Assembly: GCF_006345805.1 (NCBI RefSeq)
Contig: NC_043005.1
Location: forward strand, 26,598,001 to 26,662,000
Reading direction: 5' to 3'
Length of the DNA: 64,000 bases
Source of the DNA: Octopus sinensis
Taxonomy: Eukaryota
Positions 1 to 11,337 of the stretch are shown piece after piece. Positions within the stretch are counted from its first letter, which is position 1. Each line of letters begins with the position of its first letter. The translations under genes and the position numbers were made by a program. The notes beneath the pieces are model-generated. The model did no database searches. It saw only the letters and a list, made by a program, of their open reading frames with translations, and had not been told where the DNA came from.

Positions 1-62
1 ACGCAGCGACGGACGAAATACCCTCAAGCATTTCGCCCGGCATGCTAACGATTCTGCCAGGT
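1..62 (-). mobile_element. SINE family A, 5' head fragment cut by window edge
   Basis: Reverse complement matches the CTGGCAGAATCGTTAGCA..CCGGGCGAAATGCT head repeated many times in the window. Confidence 0.8.
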
Positions 63-154
63 CCCCGACTTTGGGGACATATATACTGAAATCGTATAAT
101 GTCTTACAGTAATTCTAATGCAAAACAAAAATATATTTGAAAATGTGTTTCTAA

Positions 155-257
155 TACAGGGTTTCTCATAGTTAGGGGACACACTAGATTGTGGGTACTC
201 GCCTTTGCTTCATACCAGTCTTTATTATGTGTCCCTCGATTATGAGGCTTAGTTGTA
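155..257. mobile_element. Possible tiny TA-flanked MITE with imperfect ~27 bp inverted ends
   Basis: CTCATAGTTAGGGGACAC vs reverse complement of GTGTCCCTCGATTATGAG; TA at both outer ends. Confidence 0.35.
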
Positions 258-465
258 TAGGTATTGAAGCTAGTTTAAATATTTAATTTGCAAGAAAAAT
301 CTCGGCCACACTCAACAAACACCCGGCGCCGTCACCACATCCCGATAATGCTTCCTTCATATTTACCGCTCCCGATTGAGCTCACGACGTTTCCAAATTG
401 GCGCCATGCAGCATGTCGGAGAGTATTGTAGTTCGCTTGAAGCATTGTGTATTGTTTGTAATGAA

Positions 466-750
466 TAAAAAGTTTTGAATGGTACAACAATGCAGTATGA
501 TATAAACAATGGGCTGTATACCTGTTGTAATTTGGTCATCCATTGTCTGATGATATTTCGGAATAAAATTCATTCTTCAGATATTCATGGATGGAGTCGC
601 TTCTATAATCGGTTTTCCGACTCCATCTAAGAATATCTGAAGAAGGAATTTTATTCCAAAATATTATCAGACTAAGGATGACTAAATTACAACAAGTATG
701 TAGCCCATTGTTTGTATTATAGTGCATTGTTGTGCCATTCAAAACTTTTA
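466..750. repeat. Fold-back hairpin, ~135 bp arms
   Basis: AAAAGTTTTGAATGGTACAACAATGCA...GATGGAGTCG is the imperfect reverse complement of CGACTCCATC...TGCATTGTTGTGCCATTCAAAACTTTT. Confidence 0.9.
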
Positions 751-1254
751 ATTCTTTATGTACAGCATATCATATTGAGTTATTAGATAAATTCATTCAT
801 TTTTTTCTCTACTTGGCACTCCATCGACATATGTTTGCGAAGAGGTAAAGTTTATTCAAACAAAAGTTGAGGAAGAAGAATACAGCTACAAAAATAAAAA
901 TAAATGAATAAACATAAAATAAACATACAACGCTACCACAAAAAAAAAATATTGTGTTTATTCAAATAACATTGGAAAGAATTAAAATAGAGTAAATCTA
1001 AAATAAATCGAACGAATTTATCTGGAAACGCAATGCATAAAATGACGATCAGAAGTACACGGATGTTGGAGTTCACTTCGCCATTTTGGGTGTATCTTCT
1101 GGCAAATCATGTTTTCTTTTCTTTTCAAAATAATTCAAAATATCTTCTTTTTTTTTCTTTGTTTATTCATTTATTTATTTTTATTTACTAAGAAATACTC
1201 ATTTACAAACTTTAATGAATAAAGAAATTGTTGATAGATTGTTCGGGGCAAGTC

Positions 1255-1328
<74 letters not shown>

Positions 1329-1346
1329 ATAATAGCGATTCAAAAT

Positions 1347-1705
1347 GCTGCGAGCTTGGCAGAAACGTTAGCAAGTCGGGCGAAATGCATCGCGGCATTT
1401 CGTCTACCCTTACGTTCTGAGTCCAAATTCCGCCGAGGTTGACTTTGCCTTTCATCCTTTCGGGGTCGATAAATTAAGTACCAGTTACGCACTGGGTCGA
1501 TGTAATCAACTTAATCCCATTGTCTGCCCTTGGTTGTCCCCTCTATGTCTAACCCCTTGTGGGCAATAAAGAAATAAGAAACATTAGCACACGGGCGAAA
1601 TGCTTAGCAGTATTTCGTCTGTCTGTACGTTCTGAATTAAAATTCCACCGAGGCCGACTTTGCCTTTTATCCTTTCGGGTTCGATAAATTAAGTACCAGT
1701 TGCAT
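1347..1705 (+). mobile_element. SINE family A, near-full copy plus tandem partial copy
   Basis: A-box-like TGGCAGAAACGTTAG, B-box-like GAGTCCAAATTC, core GAGGTTGACTTTGCCTTTCATCCTTTCGGGGTCGATAAATTAAGTACCAG; follows (TTA)n at 1258-1326. Confidence 0.85.
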
Positions 1706-2237
1706 TCATACCTGAAGATGGACACACAGACACACACTCGTGCTCTTAGCATGCTCCTTCTATTTTCACAGCTACTTTACGTTCAATAACCACAAACCTT
1801 ACCAAGAATTCTCCCTTCCGGTATCGTTACGGGTATTTTGCTCGTTTCTACACAAAGATGTAAACAATACGAATTTCATCGAACCTGAGGATTAGCTAAG
1901 TATATTTTGTGAATCTTACAAGTTATGTAACAAATATTTTTTTAGCTTTGAAACAAACGTTGCCTTTATTTACCTTTTCAATTTCTTATATTCTCAGATT
2001 TTTATTCGCATATTTAGCAATGTTAGTTGCTAAACCGTGAGTTGTACAGTGACTGTCAGCTTATCAAAATCTCCATTGATTTCAATATGGGACGACGCGT
2101 ATAACATACGGTGGTTATTATAATCTATCGTATTTTGTCCACCTTTTTTATCTATACTAGCTGTGTGCATGCTTAAAACTTATTAATACCTATACCAGTT
2201 TCTTTTGGAACGTGCTGCCTTATAACTATATATATAT

Positions 2238-2360
2238 ATTAATAGTTATCGCCAAACTAATATGGCAGTTCATAAATATAAGACTAAAGCTGTCGCTGAT
2301 TAGCTCCAGCTTTAGTCTTATATTTATGGACTGCCATATTATTTGGCGATAACTATTAAT
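2238..2360. repeat. Fold-back hairpin, ~55 bp arms
   Basis: ATTAATAGTTATCGCCAAA..AAGACTAAAGCTG / CAGCTTTAGTCTT..TTTGGCGATAACTATTAAT. Confidence 0.9.
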
Positions 2361-2405
2361 CCAGTAACGCTGCCGTAATCTCCTTTAGAGAGACTTAGTA
2401 ATTTT

Positions 2406-2484
<79 letters not shown>

Positions 2485-2496
2485 TATATTATATTC

Positions 2497-2521
<25 letters not shown>

Positions 2522-2527
<6 letters not shown>

Positions 2528-3224
2528 GTTGTATTTAGGAAATGGTCATGTTGCCAGTTTTAGCCAATAAAAGCACACGCACTATATATTTGGTGTTAAT
2601 TTGCTTCAGCTTTATTTAATATTTATATTAATCTTAATCTTATTTCGGCCAGAGTTCTTTCGTCACACTTCTGTGACCTCATCAGTGGTCCTTTGCTTTC
2701 TTCTTTCTTATTTGTGTGTCTCTCCTTACTAACATAATAAAATACACAGATAAACAAATGTAATTAAATAACTATATACATTAACAAAATTTAAAAAAAA
2801 ATTAATTTAATTAAATACAAAAAAATAAGTAGGCATAAACACATGAACAAAATAAACAAGACCAAAATAACATGAACGTGTATAAACAGGAGATACAAAT
2901 AATACAGGCACTCCCCACACACACACACTAACTAAACATAGACACACATAGGGGTATACGCATGTGCAAATAAAGACACATACAATAAGAATACAAAATG
3001 CAAAGTGGCTGATCGTTAGTAAAGAGTGACACACAAATAAGAAAGAAGAAAGCAAAGGACCATTGATGAGGTCACAGAAGTGTGATGAAATAACTCTGGG
3101 CGAAATAAGATTAAGATTAAAGTAAAAAATAAATAAAGCTGAAGCAAATTAACACCAAATAAATAGTGCGTGTGTTTTTATTGGCTAAACTGGCATAATG
3201 ACCATTCCTAAATACAGCAATATC
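2522..3224. mobile_element. Element with ~210 bp inverted arms, each with a hammerhead motif (PLE pseudo-LTR-like)
   Basis: 2522-2733 is the reverse complement of 3013-3224; both arms contain (C/T)TGATGAG-GTCAC..GTGA(C/T)-GAAA. Confidence 0.75.
2647..2691 (-). ncRNA. Minimal type I hammerhead ribozyme motif
   Basis: Minus strand GGACCA CTGATGAG GTCAC agaagt GTGAC GAAA GAACTC TGGCC: intact CUGAUGA/GAAA core, 5 bp stem II, short stem III, stem I CCA/TGG. Confidence 0.7.
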
Positions 3225-3354
3225 TGTTTCAACACAAGATTTCACATCAAGAATCTTGTAAAACAAACATATATATATATATATAATAATTATATATATA
3301 TATATATACAAACACACACATAGACACACACAACACACACACACACATACATAT

Positions 3355-3385
<31 letters not shown>

Positions 3386-3543
3386 TATATGCATATATAT
3401 GAATGTATATATATATATGTATATACATATATATATATGTATATATATGTATACATACATACACACATACAAACATGTATGCAAACATACATACTTACAC
3501 ATATATGTATATATGTAAGCATCTATGTATGTGTGTATGTATG

Positions 3544-3575
<32 letters not shown>

Positions 3576-3579
<4 letters not shown>

Positions 3580-3694
3580 CCTGCTCGCTTAGCCAGCAGG
3601 GTGGCGTCATTCGAAGGATAAAACAATGCGAACGCATTGTGACCAGCGATGTGTAACAACATCTGATGGTCTGGTCGGTCACATGATCACGTGA
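3576..3694. repeat. Interspersed repeat family E (partial)
   Basis: GGCCTGCTCGCTTAGCCAGC...GGTCGGTCACATGATCACGTGA recurs inverted at 32375-32554. Confidence 0.85.
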
Positions 3695-4259
3695 TATATA
3701 TATATATATGTATGTACATACACGCACATATATTCATGTGTATATATGCGTGTTGTCTGTGCGCGTCTGTGTGTGATGCAAGAAACGTCAGACACAAAAG
3801 AGAAAAAATTGGGACAGAGAAATGAGGGTTGGGAAGAAGGAAGGAAAATTATAGAAAGCACATCAAATGAACGTGAAGCATGTTTGTGAAATTGCGGAAA
3901 ACCCCCCGAAGACTTCCGAAGTTGTAGTTTTACGTAATACATAGGTCGTAGCGGATGTTCAGGGAAGTTTGACTGAACATTATATGAAATGACTCATAAC
4001 AGACAAATGGCATGACACCACCAATGCCATTAGCAGCAACCACCTCCACCGCCGTTGTAGCCGCCAGTTAAGAACAAATAAACACGAAAACAACATACAT
4101 ACGTACACATACATACATGTGAGTGTGTATATAAACACACACACACGCACACGCATATGTATATATAATTAGGATTCAGTTGAGTTAGGTACTTATATTG
4201 AGGCACCAAGCCAGTTCTGTATAGTCCGCACAGTTCCAAGTTAGGTGAACTGAATGCAA

Positions 4260-4700
4260 ATAAGTAACAAGGATGTTCAGGTAGCACTACATTACGGCCG
4301 TTTCGAGCGGCTTCATTTAATCAATAAATGAAAACATTACATCAGTTTAAAAGAAACCGCTCTCCTCGGAGTAGATGACCAAATAGATTTTCGACATAAA
4401 GGATAAACCGTTTTTAAAAAATTTATATCAATATTAGAAACCAAAATAACTATTTTGTTTACTTATGTTATATTTGCGGCATAAATATAACATAAGGAAA
4501 CAATATAATTATTTTGCTCTCTAGTATTGGCATAAATTTGTTAAAAGTAGTTTATCATTTATTTTGGAAATCTATTTGGTCATCTACTCTAAGGAGAGCG
4601 GTTTCTTATAAATTGATGTAATATTTTCATTGATCGATTAAATGGAGCCGTCCGAAACGGCCGTAATGTATTAATACCTGGACATCCTATTTATTTATTT
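4260..4700. repeat. Fold-back hairpin, ~210 bp arms
   Basis: AGGATGTTCAGGTA..CATTACGGCCGTTTCG..GGAGTAGATGACCAAATAGATTT pairs with AAATCTATTTGGTCATCTACTC..CGAAACGGCCGTAATG..TACCTGGACATCCT; centre ~4478. Confidence 0.9.
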
Positions 4701-4828
4701 ACATCATATATATATATATATATATATAATAATATCTATTATATATATATATATATTATATATATATATAATATATATGTATATATATATATTATAATAT
4801 ATATATATTATAATATAGATATATATTA

Positions 4829-4864
<36 letters not shown>

Positions 4865-4865
<1 letters not shown>

Positions 4866-5075
4866 GTAAAAAATACAAACTGGGACAAGAACGCAAACAT
4901 TTAGAAGACGATACAAAAAACACGGACGGACATTCGAAAGCCTTCATCTTCAGTCAAGAACCGGACCATCCTCGCAATTTCGTCGGCTGATTAATCTTGA
5001 GATTGCTCCGACCTGGCCAGCCCCAAAGGACAATCTAAGCCAAGCGCATTCGATTCCTTGGAAGAAAGAAGTAAT
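4865..5075 (-). repeat. Interspersed repeat, second copy at 52722-52855, with degenerate hammerhead-like core
   Basis: Minus AATCAGCCGACGAAATTGCGAGGATGGTCCGGTTCTTGACTGAAGA..TTCGAATGTCC matches plus 52722-52790. Confidence 0.7.
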
Positions 5076-5249
5076 TTTTACCTCTTTTTATGGAAGTAAA
5101 AGGGTTTATAAAGCTGCAAAAAAGAAGTGCTCAATTGTATTTTTTTTTTATATGTTAAGGGCCATGGTAATATTTATATATGATCAAATGTATGGAAGCG
5201 TAGTGTTCTATAAAGTCGTTGACTCGAATTTGATGCTTGTTCTCTAATC

Positions 5250-5299
<50 letters not shown>

Positions 5300-5303
<4 letters not shown>

Positions 5304-6140
5304 ATCAAAAATAAGCAACAAGAATGACTCCGATAATTTGGTACAATTGTTTCGCACTACATCATTTTATTAAAAGTTGTAAGTATTACAGCAGATTTAA
5401 GATGCTGAGTGCTCATCAGCCAATTATATAGGTTTTCCAATAATACAAAAGTTTTCAAATCAAGTAGTAACATTATAGAGAAGGTAGATATACAGATAAA
5501 GATGTAGATTTAAATTTTAAGGACATATGAGGTTGTGAAGTCCAGCCACTGACTGACCAAGCTGTGGCTGTATCTAACTGCTATAAGATTAGAAGTAATA
5601 AAGATTTTTTAGTTGTAGGAATGAGGTAGGGAGGTTTCAGAATACCATAAAAGGAATTCAATTGTCACTAACAAAATGCCATTACTGCTATTTGGTGAGA
5701 AGAACTAGTCAATGTCAAATGGTCATTAATCCCCTTTACAGAGAGTAGGGAAAAACTATCACTTATCATTATGAGAGTAGGCATAGTATTTATAACTGGG
5801 GGAAAGCTTTATTAATTTTTAAAACTAGATTAGATTTATAAAAAATTTCCAATTTCAAGTTACAGTGAAGTTTTTTTTAGTCATCTATGAAAGTTAAATT
5901 GAAGGCTAGTATAGTATATTTCTTCTTATTATTATAATAAAAAGTTAAAATTTGAAAAATATAGGAATGCTCACAATTTTTATTTAAAGTATTTAAATTT
6001 CGGGTTGTGGAATGTATGCAAGATCCTTCCAACTCCAGACGATTATTCAACAGATTTATATTATTCTGATGTTTTAAATTTCATAAGTTTCCATAGAACA
6101 AAGTTGCCAACCTTCCCTACTATTTCTATAAGGTTTCGCC
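5300..6140 (-). mobile_element. Penelope-like element 3' remnant (decayed C-terminus plus hammerhead-bearing repeat)
   Basis: Minus 6130-6050 reads KWDIVRRAKPYRNSREGWQLCSMETYEI, like the PLE C-terminal W.I...A.PY.....C.LC..EK..I motif; hammerhead downstream on the same strand. Confidence 0.6.
5333..5427 (-). ncRNA. Type I hammerhead ribozyme motif with long stem II loop
   Basis: Minus ATAATTGG CTGATGA GCACT-(~51 nt)-AGTGC GAAAC AATT GTA CCAAATTAT: core, stems I-III and GUA triplet present. Confidence 0.75.
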
Positions 6141-6160
6141 CTTCTAACTATATCCCATTT

Positions 6161-6244
<84 letters not shown>

Positions 6245-6344
6245 ACTTACATAATGGATTCTCTCGTCGTTAGATGACGTATGAAGGTTGAGCAATTTCT
6301 TGCTAGACAACCACACACATGATTTGTTTATAGTGATCAAACGT

Positions 6345-6534
6345 TTGTATTCACGTAAGCTCATTCTCTCCATCAAACTGATATTGCCTGTGTAGGTGCA
6401 CCGTGTCAGATGACGACATGATCGTAGAGCAACATGAAATGAAGAACTTTGCTCCGGAACACAACGCAACGCCTGGTCTGGTAATCGAACCCACGATCTA
6501 GCAATCATGAGTGCAACACCCTAACCACTAAGCC
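6345..6534 (-). mobile_element. tRNA-derived SINE family C, 5' part
   Basis: Minus TGGCTTAGTGGTTAGG..GGTTCGATTACC (A/B boxes) followed by a body similar to 17119-17480. Confidence 0.65.
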
Positions 6535-6536
<2 letters not shown>

Positions 6537-6565
<29 letters not shown>

Positions 6566-6655
6566 TGTATGTATGTATGTATGTATGTATGTATGCATGC
6601 ATGCATGCATGTATGTATGTATGTATGTATGTATGTATGTATGTATGTATGTATG
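6537..6655. repeat. (ATGT)n microsatellite
   Basis: Direct reading. Confidence 0.95.
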
Positions 6656-6858
6656 TTAATTTGCTGATTGTCCCTCTCTCCCCCTCTCTCTCACTTTGAT
6701 GTTAAAATAATTGGAGAGCGTTCTACATCTTAAATAGAAACACGGCAAGATCCTCACATACGTACGCAAAATCTCTCTCTAGAGATGTTTAAAAGTTGAC
6801 ACAATCACACACACACACACATACACACACAAACGCGCGCACACATACACACATGCAA

Positions 6859-6898
<40 letters not shown>

Positions 6899-7054
6899 AC
6901 ACGCGCGCACACACACACATGCAAACGCACACACACTCACACATGCACACACGTGCAAACGCGTGCTCTCACATACACACGTGCAAACGCGCTCTCACTC
7001 TCACAGATACGCACGCGCGTGCGCCCACACACATACATACACACATACACGTCT

Positions 7055-7290
7055 GTCTTCGGTATTTCAGCCATTGAACGGCGGCCATGCTGGGGTAACT
7101 CCTTCAAATGTTTTTCAGTTGAATAAATTGACTCCCTACCCCTACCCCCGCCAGTACCTCTTTTGAAGGACTGATAGTTATTCTATCGGTGTCGTTTTGA
7201 CCAAGCGCTACATTACGGGGTGGGTAGTGGGAAGTAAAAACAAAACCAGAACCGGTTGTGAAGCGGTTTTGGGGAATACACGCACACACA
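7055..7290 (-). mobile_element. SINE family B, diverged 3' part
   Basis: TTTCAGCCATTGAACGGCGGCCATGCTGGGG..TATTCTATCGGTGTCGTTTTGACCAAGCGCTA resembles the reverse complement of the family B tail. Confidence 0.6.
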
Positions 7291-7387
7291 CACACGCGAC
7301 ACATACATGATATATAATATACATATATAATATATAACAATTATAATACACATACACACACATATATATATATATACACATGCACAT

Positions 7388-7500
7388 ACATATGTGTGTA
7401 ACATAAAATTATGTAAGTGTGTGTTTGTTTGTGTGTGTGTGTAACATAAAATTGTGTAAGTGTGTGTGTGTGTGTAACATAAAATTGTGTAAGTGTGTGT
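7388..7500. repeat. Short minisatellite: GTGTAACATAAAATT(A/G)TGTAAG plus (TG)n, three units
   Basis: Direct reading. Confidence 0.85.
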
Positions 7501-7753
7501 GTGTGTGTGTGTGTGTGTGTCTGTGTGTGTGTGTGCATGTTTAACGAAGACGAGTGAAGGCAGAAGTCGGTGCGGCGAACGAAAATATGTTGTGGAATTT
7601 CGATTCGTATCTGTTTCGTGCCATTATGCCCGATCGACAGTCTTTCATCTTCCCTCCCAGGGCCATAAAATCATGAAGAAAAACCAAGCACAAAGCATAT
7701 GAATATTCATAACAACATCGTGTGTGTGTGTGTGTGTGTGTGTCTGCATGGAA

Positions 7754-7784
<31 letters not shown>

Positions 7785-8405
7785 GTGTGAACGGGTGTGT
7801 GTGTCTGTGTGTGTGTGTGTGACGAAACGTGACTATATATTATGTTTGCATGGTTCATAAAGGAAAACACCTTTGATATACGTTCTTCAGAGCCTAAAAA
7901 AAAATTATATAAAAAACAAAAAAAAACAGAACAGCAATAGCAAAAAAAAGAAAAACAACAAAAAACAAGTCAGCAAAGAAACAACGATAAGAATAAGAAC
8001 AACAATTAACAGGAACTATGGCGGCGACGTCGATAACGAGCGATGAAACAAAGAAACGCTAGAAATAAGGAGGAAAAAACAAAAAAAAATAGCGAAGAGG
8101 AGGGAAGTATAAGGATGGAATAGTGGAATTGTGTGGTATTTCCTTACAATACAACGGACCCGTTTAATATGTCTGCCTTTCTGTCTGTCTGTTTATATAT
8201 GCGTGTAGGTATGTATGCATGTATGCATATATGAATACATCTAAAAATTTATGTATATGTGTGTGTTGTGCGCGCGCGCGCGCGTGTGTGTGTGTGACGG
8301 AGGTGGGGTATATGTGTTAATATGTTTGTACTTATGCGTACGCAGGCGTACACACACACACACACAAAGATATTTGTCTGTGAGAGTGTTTGTGTGTATG
8401 TATTC

Positions 8406-8505
8406 NNNNNNNNNNNNNNNNNNNNNNNNNNNNNNNNNNNNNNNNNNNNNNNNNNNNNNNNNNNNNNNNNNNNNNNNNNNNNNNNNNNNNNNNNNNNNNN
8501 NNNNN
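8406..8505. other. Scaffold gap (100 N)
   Basis: Run of exactly 100 N. Confidence 1.
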
Positions 8506-8943
8506 TTAATTAATTTTGCCCTCATTGTTGAATTATATATATATATATATATATTCGTATAATTTATCATTAAAGGTGACAGCGGTTATGTGAAATTGTT
8601 CAGTGGTTATAAATGTTGACCTCTCTCACCCTCTCTGTTCCTCTCTCTCTCTCTCTCTCCCTCATCCCTTTCTTACTCTACTGTTTCTATCCCTTCCCCC
8701 TTCTCTCTCTCTCTCTCTCTCCATCCTCCTCTTTCATATTCCCGCCCTCTCTCTCTACCGTATTTGGGTTAACAGACAAACATAACTTCATTCCTTGGCC
8801 TCTTTGAGAATATTCCAACTGTGCATATCATAAACACAAAATACTTCCCTAATTTTACTGCTGTTGTCACTCATTTTAAGTTCATGTTAGAAATACATGC
8901 CTGCGTTTAGATATATGTATACATATAAATCTGTGCATCCATG

Positions 8944-8983
<40 letters not shown>

Positions 8984-9554
8984 GTGCATGTCTTTGTTTA
9001 CTATAATATTATACATATGTTCTTCATATATTTGCGTGTGTGTGTATCTTCAATTATATTCTTGCCATAAAAATGAATTAGTTGGAATTTGGTTTATAAC
9101 CACAATGATTGTTAAATGTTAAACTTAAGAAAAATCTTGCCTATTTTTACTGTTCCCCTAACAGACTGCATTCCCAAAACGCTTGTAATCTGGTTACATT
9201 TTTTTATTGCCGGGAAACCGTAGCTCTTTCAGATTTTTACTGTGGCAATTGCTACTAATGTTGCGGAACAGTTAAGGTTCCCAGATCAAATCCTACCAAC
9301 AACACTCAGCGCAAACATGATAACCTCAAATTCCACCAGACTGGTGATAATAAGGAAAATGACTGTGCCTTGTGAGGAACACGGAAGGGGAGCTCATGAG
9401 TGGAAGCTTACTAAACACCAGGAGCGGTTAGAGCAGTACAGAAACGAGAACCAGCAGGCAGGGCTGGATTAAGACCCATAGAGGCCCTAAACACTTAATA
9501 GGTTTTGGTGCACTCAAGTATATATAAATGGTTCAAAATATAAACGAAAATAAT

Positions 9555-9696
9555 TTGCTAACCAACCACATGGTTCTGGGTTCAATCCCACTGAGTGGCA
9601 TCTTGGGCAAGTGTCTTCTGCTATAGCCCCGGGCCGACCAATGCCTTGTGAGTGGATTTGGTAGACGGAAACTGAAAGAAGCCTGTCGTATATAAG

Positions 9697-9727
<31 letters not shown>

Positions 9728-9939
9728 GTCTGTGTTTGTCCCCCTAGCATTGCTTGACAACCGATGCTGGTGTGTGTTTACGTCCCCGTCACTTAGCGGT
9801 TCGGCAAAAGAGACAGATAGAATAAGTACTGGGCTTGCAAAGAATAAGTCCCGGGGTCGATTTGCTCGACTAAAGGCGGTGCTCCAGCATGGCTGCAGTC
9901 AAATGACTGAAACAAGTAAAAGAGTAAAAGAGTAAAAGA
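9555..9939 (+). mobile_element. tRNA-derived SINE family B, lacking extreme 5' end
   Basis: GGTTCAATCCC B box, CTTGGGCAAGTGTCTTC core, internal TA/TG tract, (AAAGAGT)n tail. Confidence 0.9.
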
Positions 9940-11337
9940 ATAATAAACCATAAAATAAATTTTTATTTTTCAAAATGAAGCTAAGCTAAGGTTTTGGTGC
10001 ACTCAAGTATATATAAATGGTTCAAAATATAAACGAAAATAATTTGCTAACCAACCACATGGTTCTGGGTTCGAACCGTCGTATATATGTATATATATAT
10101 ATGTATGTATGTGTATATAAGATGGAAAATGATGTTTATTTTTTATACTTCCAATTTATTTATATTTGAAAAGTTTTTTCTTTCGTTTCTTTTTTTTTTT
10201 TAATTATAAAGTATTTGATGATATCATTAAAATTAATTTTACATAAAACCTCTGCTTCTTTACTTAGTAGAGATAAGGCATTACGAATATTATTTTAGCA
10301 AAGTTTAAAGTGATTTCTTTCGTGCCGTAAACCATTTTCATTTCTGTGGTGCCTCCGTCCCTTGATGCTCTAAGCACGCGCTTATTTTGCTTAATGGTTG
10401 ATCTAGCGCTGCGTGGCAATTGTAGTGGGTTGTAGGGGGTTTTGTTGGGCGTTCATTCATTCTGTAAACCTTTGATTGGACTTGGAGCTAGGCATGTAAC
10501 AAAGAGGAGGGCCATAATTTCCATTATTATAACTGTAGAAAAGGTTTTTGTATAAAGAGGTCAGACTAGTAGAGGTGGTGGTGGTGGTGGTGGTGGTTTG
10601 CTGCTACCCGGATACAAGGAAGAACCTGATCAACTCCAGTTGGGTCAACTGAGCGAGGGACTTTGAAGCTGAAAGACCCGGCACTCTCTGAGGCCCCAGA
10701 AATATCACTGACTATGTATCCCAAAGTATCCGTGAGATGTACTCTGGAACTAGTCAAATGGAATTATCCCTATATAGTCTTTCCCATCGGTATTGAAGCT
10801 GATGTTTACATCTTGCAGACCATTTGACCTCTATAACTACGTAATTTTCCCTTTCTACTCCAAACAATTTTAGCAGCAGACCTGTTATGTTTGTATTTAG
10901 TGGAAGTTGTGCTTGGTATTTTCCTCCAATATTTCTTGTGTGGAATCACATAAATTGACCGGAAACAAAATTAGTATTTTCTATATTCACCCCATGATGC
11001 AATATTTTCTAAGGTTAGAATTCTGTGTTACTCTTAACAACAAACAAAGACACATTTCATTGGGACATAATACTATAATAACATTTTAGGTTAGCCGCTG
11101 ATCAAATACGAAATATCTTTCACAGAAATATGACATGACCGATACTTTCAGTCGCATCATAAGTGCTTGGGGACTAATTATTCGTTTTATTCAATAAGTA
11201 TTTTGTTTTAGTTTTGCTTTAGGCTTGATTGCAAAAATATAACGTTCAATATGTGACGTGCTGTCACGTGTCCAAGAGGGACTACAGTGTATTGCTGTCA
11301 ATGTCAATATCATCGTATGTGTGTGTGAATAAAATAT

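Noticed and set aside
382-742. Two minus-strand ORFs with protein-like text, including RHAAWRQF
   Set aside because: Largely inside the 466-750 hairpin, broken by stops, no family match I can support
3117-3727. YI/CV/HT-rich ORFs here and throughout (e.g. 6796, 36129, 44069, 56973, 60671, 63108)
   Set aside because: Translations of (TA)n, (CA)n and (TG)n microsatellites
10566-10757. ORF ending in poly-His
   Set aside because: His run comes from a (GGT)n tract; no start context or domain recognised
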